From positions 43,328-107,327 of the forward strand of contig CAZYCQ010000003.1 of the NCBI GenBank assembly GCA_964645535.1: a stretch of 64,000 nt of DNA. Reading direction: 5' to 3'. A program made the translations under genes and the position numbers. Shown one piece after another: positions 1-9,704 of this stretch. Source of the stretch: an uncultured archaeon (GTDB taxonomy: Archaea; Asgardarchaeota; Heimdallarchaeia; Heimdallarchaeales; Kariarchaeaceae). A model generated the notes under the pieces. That model saw nothing but the letters and a program-made list of their open reading frames with translations. It made no database searches and was not told the origin of the DNA. Numbering within the stretch: position 1 is the first letter of the stretch; every line of letters starts with the position of its first letter.

Positions 1-3000
1 GCTGATTGGGAAAGCAATATGACAGCACCATATTCTCTTGACCACTATGCAGATTCGATGGTGAATTCCTCAAGTTTGTTCAATGGCACACTTCTTCCTG
101 TGGGTCAGGCGAATGTCTATTATGCAAATATAACAGGCACGTTTCCAGAGCCACTCAATTATTCGGTTTCCCACTATAAAGTATATCCGTTCAATTCATT
201 TTTAGTCCGAAAACCAGGTGATGGAAGACCGACAACATTTGATGCCACTACACGTCCCGCATGGGCAATCATGGACTTCGGAAATGATGAGGAGGCTGCC
301 GGAAATGGAGCTCCAGTTGTTCCAGAACTCTTCATTTACGCAATGAAAAACAAGGCTGTTGCAGTTTCTGATTTAGAAATTTCCATTTCATCAGATGGTA
401 GTAACTTTTTCAGGTTAAATTCATCATACATTACTTTAGATACCTCCAATGGTACCTATGACATCTACCAGATTGAAGTTGATCCAACTCTTGCCGTTGC
501 TGGATTGACGTATTACCGGTATCTCAACATTACCGTCTTGAGTGGCAAGGCTGAATTGGATTTTATTGAGACCACTGCAATCAATAATCCGATATATGAT
601 GCCCAATCAGTGGAAGTTGGTCCATTAACCTTGAAAGATTCCGATGCAAATACCGTTGGGTTTATCGGTGCGATTGATGGAACAATATTGGCAGTTGATT
701 GGAACCCGACAAGCCGAAGGTACGAAATTGTTTTCGATAGTTGGAGAGAAGAACGATACAAACTCAATAAGAATCTCTTTGACCTAGAGGTAATCAAGAA
801 GAAAGGAACCTTCCCAGCGTGGATATTGAACGATTACGACAGTGTAATAGGGAATTTCCAATATGGTGTCTATGATCCAGTCAACTTCACAAATTATGGA
901 AATGTTGTTTCCTTTGAAACTGCCAATTTCTATAATTACAGACAGGAATCCATGCCAGAAACAATATTGATTACGGATCAGGAAAAAATTTTGGTAGCCA
1001 CACAGGCTTCTCCAAATGCTCCGTTGTCAGTTAACTCCATTTTATCTGAAATGCTATTTGACACACCATCATATTCTGGAACTGCTGGAAAGAATATGCT
1101 AACGGTACAAGATTATATGCAATCTCGAAGTAGCCTCTCGTCAGATCCGATTTATTTTGCGGCATCACTCGTACCCTTTGAAACCAATCTATATGATTTG
1201 GGAAGGGATGCGCAACTGGATATCCGTGATTCCGGCTATCTTCTCCTATTAAGTGAATGGACCGGTTCATTGGGCCCTGCAAATCCAACCGAGGCAGGGA
1301 TTCCTCAACCCTTAGATGGAGTAAACCGGATTACCATTTGGTATCTTGATGAGATTTTCTCCTTCGATTGCCCTGCCGGTGTGCCAGAATGTGTAACATT
1401 TGTTCCTTGGAGCGTCCCTGGATTAACATCTCCGAGATTGTTGTCTTCTGAAGAATTCTCAGGTCAACTTCGTAGTGTCCTTCGAGAATCCTCATGGATG
1501 CCAAAAATAGCAGCAGGAGATTTCATCGGTGATTCAAAGAAAGATTGGGTATTGACAAACGGAAAGGTACATCTTCTTGAGGTCTCGTACAGTGTAGTTG
1601 AGAACAGTACATTGGATCTTGTATATAACGGTCAAGAAGAACAGCAAGGCCCTAAGCTTCCAGCAATCACAAATGAACGATCTTCCAAAATCAGCATTTC
1701 CTTCAGAGGTGATTATTTCAAAGGAATCAATGACCAAGCAAAGGGTAGACAATGGACTGATGCAAATGTAGTTGATTTCGACAAAGATGGAGATATGGAT
1801 CTTATTTTGGGTTTTGCAAGTTACGATTCAACCCACTTCGGAATTGATAAGCCTACGTATGGGATGACCTATTGGGAAAACGTGGGAACTAGAGACGATC
1901 CAATATGGGTTGAAAAGAAAAAGGCAGTCACCAATAATGATCCAGATTCCAATCTTAGAGTCCAGTATTATGGGTTCCCTGAACTGGTCTATGATAATTA
2001 TGATTTTGGAGATTATTCCTTCATTAGTGGAATGGGTTATCATCCCTATTTCTTGAATTCCCAACCAACAAGGATGTTCATGATGAAACAGCAGCCAACA
2101 GATGTTTTTGCAGGGGACATTTACAGTTTCACAGCAGAATACAATCATGGAACCTCACTTCTTGCAGCCACCTATCCGGATGCCAAACGGATTGACATTA
2201 ACCTACAATTTGACAGCTCCAATGGTGGAGACAAGAATTATGGCTTCCACATTTTTGAGACATGGGATAATTCAAGGGAACTTGAAGGATGGACTCTTTC
2301 GATGTCGACTGCCGACCTTGACGAAGACGGTAAGAATGAAGTTGTTGTTGGAGATTTCAATAATAACATATATGTTTTTGAACATCTTTCCAACAACACA
2401 TTCAAACGGGCCTTCAGATCATTCGATGTTAACAGAACGTTTGAGGCAAATAACAGCCCTTATGCCCATAACCAGTTTGGTGGAATTAATGGTACATTCT
2501 TCCGAACCGTCTATGAGCATGTAACCTTCTTGCTTGCAGGCGTTGACTTGAACAAGAACGGACTTCAGGAATTCATAGCAACGACAGACGGAATGCTATT
2601 CGTTTTCGAAGCGACAAAAACATTAACAGGAAGAATTCATGATGACACGTACCGGTTAATTGCTACCTTTGATCTTTTCTCTTTCCCCACAGTTTCACTT
2701 CTCTCAGAGAGCCGCCGAAAGGTAACCGCAATCTCTTGGGCAGATGATGCAACTGGTGATGGAAGAAGAGAATTGCTGATTGCAATGGGTCCCGCTCTCT
2801 TAGTTTTCGAAATCTCGACTGTTACAAGTGGAAGTGGCAATATCCAACAAACTTCAGTTATTTCCACACAATTCCCACTATTCAACATGGAAGAGATTTT
2901 CTATCGAGGCCTATATGCGGCATCCGGTCTCTACAATCTAGTTGGAAACTATCGTGTCCAAGAAGAAGCAGAAATCAGATCCATTTTGTCCACTGATTTG

Positions 3001-6000
3001 GACAATAATGGAATCCCTGAAATCATTTATGCAGGAGAAGATCAAACAAATGCCAGACCAATTTGGGGCGGTTTCATCCAAATTCTTGAATGGACTGGAG
3101 GTGTTTTCTCCCCTATCTTTCCAGACAATCTATTCAAGAGCACAACGCAATTCAACCCAATAAATGATCTTGAATGGGATGATTCTGACTATGATGGATT
3201 AAAAGAACTAATCATTGGCCATAATCAAGGTGTTGATATCTATGAATTCAATGGAGTTGATAATCTTGAACTTCGAGAGGTGATCACCTCAAATCCACAT
3301 TATCAACTGCCCATTCGATCATACTATGACACTAACAACATCAATAGGGACTTTGAGGAAAGTAAAGACATCATCAAGAGATTTGATGGTTCCTTATTGA
3401 TGGTTTATGTCGAAGTAATTTTGGGAACACCCACATTGGTCATGGCCACCTCAAATGACAATGGCAAGACATGGACTGAATGGGGAACAATTGATCCAGG
3501 CCTAGGCACAGTTATCAATTATGCCGAAATTAGTCTTGTTTACCAAGGGTCTCAATTATGGCTAAGTTTTGCAGCGATATCGAAGATTAATCTAGGTGCA
3601 AGTTCAATTTGGACGGAATCGTATTATGTAATTAAAAATCCAGTACCTGGATCGAATCCAGCCTATTCAACCGTTTCAGTATCTTGGTTAAACTATTATC
3701 GAATGACCGCTTCTGGAAGGGTTTTCTCATTTGATGGAGCAACCTCCAACCAAGTGGGATTTGCATATTACGATTCAGCGGATAAGAACGGAACGTTGAA
3801 GCTAGCTAAAATTGATATCGCGAATAGCCCAGCAGTTGTAGCGGAATTTGTAATTCCTTGGGCAAATGGTTCAAAACTTGGCGACAAGTATTTCATCCAT
3901 TCGTTGGATATTCTGGAAAATCCAAGAGAAAGAGGTAATTTTGACATTATCTTTTCAGGATATTCCTATAACGAATCGTTATCATTGGATTTGGATCTTT
4001 ATCACAATTGGTTTTATTTAAACAGCTCTTCAGCTTGGCTGTTCAATGTAACCACAATGCCAGGGAGAATCTTTGAATCAGGATTGGTAAGCCGTTTCCC
4101 CTCCCTGATTCGTGAAGAAGACACAAACAATATGGTTGTTGTATTCGAACAGCCAAAAATGAAACCATTCGGAGGTCTATTCTCTGTATGGTCGAATGAT
4201 AACGGTGTCACTTGGAATGGTCCTTATGCCATGAACCATCCCTATGGCCTAGATAGTCCCATACTTACTGAATTTCCCACACCTAACAAGGAAAGCTATC
4301 AAGTAGGTCTTATCAATGGACAACAAATACTCTCATTCTTTGACTCACGTAGACCGGTCATTGTTGCAACTGAAGGTCGAGGATTCACAATGAGCTACAA
4401 TGTCAGATATGCTTTCGGAGTACAAAAGACAACTGTGGGAATTTGTGCAATGTTTTTGGGAGATGTAGGAGTGCAAAGCAGTGTTAAATCACAGGCCTCA
4501 GATTGTTCAAGGGGAAATGCAGAACTGGAATATTTGGCATTTGCCCACAACCCTTGGAGCAATTTCACTTGGTATAATTTGGGCAAGGCTCAGAAAATTG
4601 CGATTGGAGATTCTGATGGCGACAATCGTCATGAAATCTTCGTGGGAAGCAACAACCAGGCCTTTCTCTATGAATTTGCTCGAAATGGAGAGAAATTCAT
4701 TTTGCATTCCCAAAAATGGATGAGTCCTGAATATGAGAGGGATATCACAGAAGTTGCAATCTCAGATGCAAATGGTAATGGACTTCCAGAACTTCTAGTC
4801 GAATCGGATCGAGGCATTGTGCATTCCTATGAGGCATTGAATGCAATTCCGGGTAAGGAACTTCTTCTCCCCAAAGTAGAAGCCGTGTCGTCAACTACCT
4901 ATGATTCCTCCTATGACAACTTCGTCACTAAAATAGCGACTACGGATGTAAATTCTGATGGAAACGATGATATCATCTACTCAACAGCGTTGGGTCAACT
5001 TGTTGCACTCGATGGTTTGACCTATACCCCTATATGGACATCGGGACCAGGACCCACCACTGCAAACAATGATACCACCAATTTCAATGGACTTAACTTC
5101 CTGCTTCTACCTTCAGCTTCAGACCCCAATAGTCCTGAAGCGATTTTAATGGCTTGGGAGAATTCCATTTATTGGTATCGACTCACAGATGGAAATCTAT
5201 TGACAACCATCACTGTTGGAAGTGCGGTGAATTCTGTAATCACTGCCCTAGTGCTAGGACCTCACAGTGGTTCCAGTTATCCGAATCTATATGTAGGAAT
5301 TGTCAATGGTACCGTGGCGGTATATGATCTTTCAGGACCATCCATTGTCTGGAAGAGCCATATCTCTATTGACTTGACCGCCAATTTGTTGAATTCCATT
5401 GCACTTGGGCATTTTGTATCCCAGAATTCGACCGATGTAATTGCCCAGCTCTACAATGGTACCATTGTTGTTCTCAATGGAGGAAATGGATCCATAGTTT
5501 GGTCAAAGCAGTTTGCTGTCTTGAACCAATATACGGTGCCTTATGTCTTTGATCTCAATCATGACAATATTACAGATATTGTTATAGGTACTAACGCCAC
5601 AATAGCTGTAGATGGTACGAATGGAGACCAACTCTGGAACCAAACTTATGAAGACAATGGACATATCCTGATTAACCAAAGACCAATCTTGTTTGATGTA
5701 AATAATGATTCAACTTTGGATTTAATATTTGGTGGATATGCCTACTCGCCAGTTCTATTTGCACTTGATGGTGACACAGGAAAAATCCTATGGCAAAATC
5801 AGGCAAAGGGATTTCTTCAGCTCTTGGCAGATATGAACATTGATGAGTTCGATTATGATGTTTCATCAAAGGTGCTTGCAATTGGCACACAATACATAGG
5901 TTTTGGTTTCACTTCCCAAGGATATGGCGCTATTGTTGATCCTGAATCAGGGGTTGTATTCGGAGCCTATGATGCCAGAACAGGTGTTTCTGCAAGTGCC

Positions 6001-7626
6001 ATCTTGCACCCCTCAAGTGGAAATAGCCTTCTGGTTGTTGGTGATGGTACCGGAAACATAACGGTTGTCTCTTTCTGGGAAGACCGTCCTGAACCGACCG
6101 CTACCTTCCCACCAAGTGTCAAAGAAACTCCATTCATCCGATTAGGAAGCGAATTCACTCGTCGAACGGAATTTTTCCTTGCGGATACTTTTGATGGAAC
6201 AGGAAACATTGGAACAGACGGAATCGATGATGTGTTCGTTGTGGATGATTTCTTCCTTGGCGGAGCGGACACAGGCGCACTCTTAAACGACCCCAATTTC
6301 AATGAAGCAGAATGGTCTCTTGATGTTCCAGAATTTGGAAGATATCGTGAAGCTGCTGCTCTTGCAGATGTTGATAAAGATGGATCACTCGACATGGTTG
6401 CAGCTTTTGAGAAAATGGTGACTGTTGTAAATCTTGAAACGGGATCTTTCCTATGGAATTTCACGTTATTCCCACCATCAACTGGCGTTTTCAGGCAGTA
6501 TACTGTAGATGTTGCAGATCTCGATGGTGATCTGAAAAATGAGGTGATCCTTTCATTTGTCTATTCCAACATCAATCTTCCAGTTCCTGTGACCTACGTA
6601 GTTGTTCTTTCAGGAATGGATGGATCCCTTGTATCCTTTAAAGGATTTATAGGTTATTTGAATCCCATCTTCAAGGTTGAAGACTTCGACAGCAATGGAG
6701 TTTATGAGATTCTTGCTACGATGCAGAATTCCGTAAATCAATTCCTGAATCGACTGGTTTTGATGACTGGAACTTCTTTGAGTACAGTATTCGACATACC
6801 TATCGCCGGGTTACCACCAATCACCCAAATGGCAGTTGGCAATTTCGATAATTCCAAATTAGGCAAAGAAGTTTCTTTCTTCTTTGATTTTGGTGCGTTG
6901 GAACTGACCGGTCCATTGTCATTCTTGCTCCCCTACATCCCATCCTTAATTCTCAACTTTGATATAGACCCGATTGGAGGAACTTTGGGAGCAACGAATA
7001 ATATTCTCGGATTTGCACCTGTCGGTGGTGTAGCAAGGGATCACTTGGTCTATGATATTGATGGAGATGGGAATGATGACCTTTTGGTTCAGACAACCAA
7101 GAACGCGTTTTACAATATGTTCTATAACGCTTCGGCACCAGGGCTAATCCAACAAGGTCAGTTCATCAAATCAACTGCGGTAGCCTATGCAGATACATCC
7201 ATGCTCCTTGGAGAATTTGTTGCAGTTGGTCAAACCTCATTGGCAATGGTCATTACAGGAGATACACTTGCAGTATATGAGACACCGGACATCGGTTCAC
7301 TTACACTCAAGTACAGTGTGACCATTGACATTGACATTATCCAAGATATCCTGCCAGGTCGGTTTGATGGAGATCTGCTAACTGACATCATGGTTGTGGG
7401 AAGAAATGGATATGTCTGGGTTGTTCAATCATCCAACATTGGTGCACTCAGTCTTCAAGGAGAGGAACAGGTAGTTGTTGAAAGTCCGATCCAAGTCCAA
7501 GAGCAAGGATCAGAACTGGTCAAGACATTCATGATCCTTATGCCTTACCTCGATTTCATCGCAGAAGGTCTGATGATCATGATCTTGGCACCAATGGCCT
7601 ACCGTAAAAGAAAATTCAAAGTTTAA
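1..7626 (+). CDS. Giant cell-surface protein (>=2535 aa) with FG-GAP/VCBS integrin-alpha-like repeats, BNR/Asp-box repeats, PQQ-like propeller repeats and a C-terminal TM anchor; 5' end probably outside the window
   Basis: Single uninterrupted ORF. The frame is open from nt 1 with no stop before the ATG at 19, and the N-terminus from that ATG has no signal peptide, so the gene is likely 5'-partial. Repeated Ca-binding-type D-x-D/N-x-D-G motifs followed by V/I-G (DLDEDGKNEVVVGDFNNNIYVFE from ~2314; DFDKDGDMDLILG; TDLDNNGIPEIIYAG). Two Asp-boxes: SNDNGKTW (3451-3474) and SNDNGVTW (4192-4215). DG-TNG/TG-x-LW repeats at ~5590-5800. Many N-x-S/T sequons. C-terminal hydrophobic helix followed by a KRKFKV tail. 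Confidence 0.8.
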   Translation, partial: ADWESNMTAPYSLDHYADSMVNSSSLFNGTLLPVGQANVYYANITGTFPEPLNYSVSHYKVYPFNSFLVRKPGDGRPTTFDATTRPAWAIMDFGNDEEAAGNGAPVVPELFIYAMKNKAVAVSDLEISISSDGSNFFRLNSSYITLDTSNGTYDIYQIEVDPTLAVAGLTYYRYLNITVLSGKAELDFIETTAINNPIYDAQSVEVGPLTLKDSDANTVGFIGAIDGTILAVDWNPTSRRYEIVFDSWREERYKLNKNLFDLEVIKKKGTFPAWILNDYDSVIGNFQYGVYDPVNFTNYGNVVSFETANFYNYRQESMPETILITDQEKILVATQASPNAPLSVNSILSEMLFDTPSYSGTAGKNMLTVQDYMQSRSSLSSDPIYFAASLVPFETNLYDLGRDAQLDIRDSGYLLLLSEWTGSLGPANPTEAGIPQPLDGVNRITIWYLDEIFSFDCPAGVPECVTFVPWSVPGLTSPRLLSSEEFSGQLRSVLRESSWMPKIAAGDFIGDSKKDWVLTNGKVHLLEVSYSVVENSTLDLVYNGQEEQQGPKLPAITNERSSKISISFRGDYFKGINDQAKGRQWTDANVVDFDKDGDMDLILGFASYDSTHFGIDKPTYGMTYWENVGTRDDPIWVEKKKAVTNNDPDSNLRVQYYGFPELVYDNYDFGDYSFISGMGYHPYFLNSQPTRMFMMKQQPTDVFAGDIYSFTAEYNHGTSLLAATYPDAKRIDINLQFDSSNGGDKNYGFHIFETWDNSRELEGWTLSMSTADLDEDGKNEVVVGDFNNNIYVFEHLSNNTFKRAFRSFDVNRTFEANNSPYAHNQFGGINGTFFRTVYEHVTFLLAGVDLNKNGLQEFIATTDGMLFVFEATKTLTGRIHDDTYRLIATFDLFSFPTVSLLSESRRKVTAISWADDATGDGRRELLIAMGPALLVFEISTVTSGSGNIQQTSVISTQFPLFNMEEIFYRGLYAASGLYNLVGNYRVQEEAEIRSILSTDLDNNGIPEIIYAGEDQTNARPIWGGFIQILEWTGGVFSPIFPDNLFKSTTQFNPINDLEWDDSDYDGLKELIIGHNQGVDIYEFNGVDNLELREVITSNPHYQLPIRSYYDTNNINRDFEESKDIIKRFDGSLLMVYVEVILGTPTLVMATSNDNGKTWTEWGTIDPGLGTVINYAEISLVYQGSQLWLSFAAISKINLGASSIWTESYYVIKNPVPGSNPAYSTVSVSWLNYYRMTASGRVFSFDGATSNQVGFAYYDSADKNGTLKLAKIDIANSPAVVAEFVIPWANGSKLGDKYFIHSLDILENPRERGNFDIIFSGYSYNESLSLDLDLYHNWFYLNSSSAWLFNVTTMPGRIFESGLVSRFPSLIREEDTNNMVVVFEQPKMKPFGGLFSVWSNDNGVTWNGPYAMNHPYGLDSPILTEFPTPNKESYQVGLINGQQILSFFDSRRPVIVATEGRGFTMSYNVRYAFGVQKTTVGICAMFLGDVGVQSSVKSQASDCSRGNAELEYLAFAHNPWSNFTWYNLGKAQKIAIGDSDGDNRHEIFVGSNNQAFLYEFARNGEKFILHSQKWMSPEYERDITEVAISDANGNGLPELLVESDRGIVHSYEALNAIPGKELLLPKVEAVSSTTYDSSYDNFVTKIATTDVNSDGNDDIIYSTALGQLVALDGLTYTPIWTSGPGPTTANNDTTNFNGLNFLLLPSASDPNSPEAILMAWENSIYWYRLTDGNLLTTITVGSAVNSVITALVLGPHSGSSYPNLYVGIVNGTVAVYDLSGPSIVWKSHISIDLTANLLNSIALGHFVSQNSTDVIAQLYNGTIVVLNGGNGSIVWSKQFAVLNQYTVPYVFDLNHDNITDIVIGTNATIAVDGTNGDQLWNQTYEDNGHILINQRPILFDVNNDSTLDLIFGGYAYSPVLFALDGDTGKILWQNQAKGFLQLLADMNIDEFDYDVSSKVLAIGTQYIGFGFTSQGYGAIVDPESGVVFGAYDARTGVSASAILHPSSGNSLLVVGDGTGNITVVSFWEDRPEPTATFPPSVKETPFIRLGSEFTRRTEFFLADTFDGTGNIGTDGIDDVFVVDDFFLGGADTGALLNDPNFNEAEWSLDVPEFGRYREAAALADVDKDGSLDMVAAFEKMVTVVNLETGSFLWNFTLFPPSTGVFRQYTVDVADLDGDLKNEVILSFVYSNINLPVPVTYVVVLSGMDGSLVSFKGFIGYLNPIFKVEDFDSNGVYEILATMQNSVNQFLNRLVLMTGTSLSTVFDIPIAGLPPITQMAVGNFDNSKLGKEVSFFFDFGALELTGPLSFLLPYIPSLILNFDIDPIGGTLGATNNILGFAPVGGVARDHLVYDIDGDGNDDLLVQTTKNAFYNMFYNASAPGLIQQGQFIKSTAVAYADTSMLLGEFVAVGQTSLAMVITGDTLAVYETPDIGSLTLKYSVTIDIDIIQDILPGRFDGDLLTDIMVVGRNGYVWVVQSSNIGALSLQGEEQVVVESPIQVQEQGSELVKTFMILMPYLDFIAEGLMIMILAPMAYRKRKFKV

Positions 7627-7748
7627 ACACACACATTTATCGTCATAGAATTTCTAGGAATTTTGTTTAACAAAAAAAAGTGAAAATTTCGATCAACATA
7701 AATAGGAACCTTCAGACCTACATTCAGAACTGGTTTTAGGTATAGGCT

Positions 7749-8552
7749 ATGAAGGACTTAAATATCGTATGTCTGATAAAACAAGTACCTGTTCCCAAGG
7801 CAATGAAGACAAAAGAAGATGGGATGATGGATCGAAGTGGAAAATCCATGATGAATCCTTACTGTCAGAATGCCTTGGAAGAGGCACTGAAACTGAGAGA
7901 CAAAGTTGGGGGAAAAGTGACCGTCGTGAGCATGGGACCTCCCAATGCCCAGCAATCCTTAATGGAGGCCTTGAGAAGAGGGGCTGACGAGGCAATTCTT
8001 CTTTCTGACAGATTATTGGCAGGTTCTGATACATGGGCAACTGCCAATGCATTGAGTGCAACCTTGAAGAAATATTGCATGCCCATTGACGTTCTTTTTG
8101 CAGGTCTTCAAACCATCGATGGGGATACGGCTCATGTCGGACCACAGGTTGCAGAACATCTTGGAATGCAACAGGTCTGTTATGTTGAAAGAATCATTCC
8201 GAAAGAAGAAACTTTTGAAGTGAGAAGGTTGATTGAAGGGGGTTATGAAACCTTTGAGGTTCCCTATCCAGTCATGCTTTCCATAACAAAGGAAGCCAAT
8301 GTCCCTCGAGGGCCATCTCTGAAATATTCTCTGGAAGCCCTGGAAAAGGAAATTAAAGTGGTAAATGTAGCGGATATTGGATTGACACGTGATGAGGTGG
8401 GCTTGGCAGGATCTCCGACCATTGTTTCACGTGTGCTTAATGTTGTCGTCGATCGTCCACCGGTGGTTCTTTTTAATGAAGGCACCATGGCAGACCGAGT
8501 GGAACAGATGCTTGAAGCGATCAACAAGGATTTGGAGGAAGATGAGGAATGA
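7749..8552 (+). CDS. etfB: Electron transfer flavoprotein, beta subunit
   Basis: 267 aa. N-terminus IVCLIKQVPV..., then VVSMGPPNAQQSLMEALRRGADEAILLSD and WATANALS are typical of EtfB/FixA. The stop overlaps the etfA start (ATGA at 8549-8552). Confidence 0.9.
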   Translation: MKDLNIVCLIKQVPVPKAMKTKEDGMMDRSGKSMMNPYCQNALEEALKLRDKVGGKVTVVSMGPPNAQQSLMEALRRGADEAILLSDRLLAGSDTWATANALSATLKKYCMPIDVLFAGLQTIDGDTAHVGPQVAEHLGMQQVCYVERIIPKEETFEVRRLIEGGYETFEVPYPVMLSITKEANVPRGPSLKYSLEALEKEIKVVNVADIGLTRDEVGLAGSPTIVSRVLNVVVDRPPVVLFNEGTMADRVEQMLEAINKDLEEDEE

Positions 8553-9667
8553 GTAGCGCTGAGGAAAGAGCAAGAAGAAGAGCAGAGCTAGACGCAAAAG
8601 TTCCTGAAGTTGATCTCAGGAATGGGCATAAAGGGATATGTACATGGGCACAGACCAATGGCGATGAACTTCATCCTGCCGCCCTAGAAATTCTAGGAGA
8701 AGCAAGGAGATTAAGCACCAAACTGGATGATCAGACAGTCACCACAATAGTAATCGGCAAAAACGCTGAAAAACACGCTCAAACACTCATTGAGCATGGA
8801 GCAGATCGCGTATACGTAATTTCAGACGATCGACTGGAGTTCTATCGTGATCTTCCATACACCCGGGCTATTGTTGATGCAATTCGTGAAATTAAACCTG
8901 AAATAATGATTTATACAGCTTCTGCCATAGGTCGATCACTTGCACCCAGATGTGCTGCAAGGTTACATGTTGGTTTGTCCGCAGACTGTACTGAATTGGA
9001 CATTGGCCAATACGTTAACAGAAAGAAGCAACAACGATTTCCAAGAGCCTTCATGATGAAAAGGCCTTCCTTTGGTGAGAGCAAACTGGCAACAATTATT
9101 GGACCTTGGCATTATCCGCAATCTGCGACTGTCCGACCAGGAGTTTTCCGTCCTCTGAAACCGGATCCTTCACGCAAGGGAGAAATCATACATTTCACAC
9201 CCAATTGGGAAGAAGATGATTGGAAAACAGAAGTTGTCTCATTTGAAAGTGAAGGTAGCAGGGTTGAACTTGATAAGGCAGATATTATTATTTCCGGAGG
9301 TTATGGTGTTGGAAAGGAAGGCTTCAACCTTCTACGAGAACTTGTCGATGCCATAAGAGCAAACGGTCAGAGAGCAGAGCTTGGTGCATCACGTGCTGCT
9401 GTCAATGCAGGATTCATCTCACATGACCATCAGGTGGGTCAGACTGGAAAGACCGTTCGACCTAAAGTTTATGTGGCAGTTGGCATTTCCGGAGCAATTC
9501 AACACCTTATGGGAATGCAGAACTCCCGCACCATCATTGCCATCAATATAGACCCCAAGGCCAGAATTTTTGAAGTTGCAAATTATGGGATTGTAGCAGA
9601 TTATAAGGAAGTCATCCCAGAAATGATCAAGAAAGTAAGAGCAGGTTACAAATTCAACGTCGACTGA
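8549..9667 (+). CDS. etfA: Electron transfer flavoprotein, alpha subunit
   Basis: 372 aa. C-terminal FAD-binding block ISGGYGVG...ELGASRAAVNAGFISHDHQVGQTGKTVRPKVYVAVGISGAIQHLMGM is typical of EtfA/FixB. Translationally coupled to etfB. Confidence 0.9.
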   Translation: MSSAEERARRRAELDAKVPEVDLRNGHKGICTWAQTNGDELHPAALEILGEARRLSTKLDDQTVTTIVIGKNAEKHAQTLIEHGADRVYVISDDRLEFYRDLPYTRAIVDAIREIKPEIMIYTASAIGRSLAPRCAARLHVGLSADCTELDIGQYVNRKKQQRFPRAFMMKRPSFGESKLATIIGPWHYPQSATVRPGVFRPLKPDPSRKGEIIHFTPNWEEDDWKTEVVSFESEGSRVELDKADIIISGGYGVGKEGFNLLRELVDAIRANGQRAELGASRAAVNAGFISHDHQVGQTGKTVRPKVYVAVGISGAIQHLMGMQNSRTIIAINIDPKARIFEVANYGIVADYKEVIPEMIKKVRAGYKFNVD

Positions 9668-9704
9668 AAAAGGGTCTTTAAAATCCGAGGTCAAAATAGA
9701 TTCG

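Noticed and set aside
513-6464. Numerous 60-165-aa ORFs antisense to, or out of frame with, the giant surface-protein gene (for example 513-797, 1828-2148, 2102-2524, 5967-6464)
   Set aside because: They lie entirely inside a continuous 7.6-kb ORF with strong repeat-domain signatures. Their translations are low-complexity or lack motifs. Long spurious ORFs are expected opposite a long coding region.
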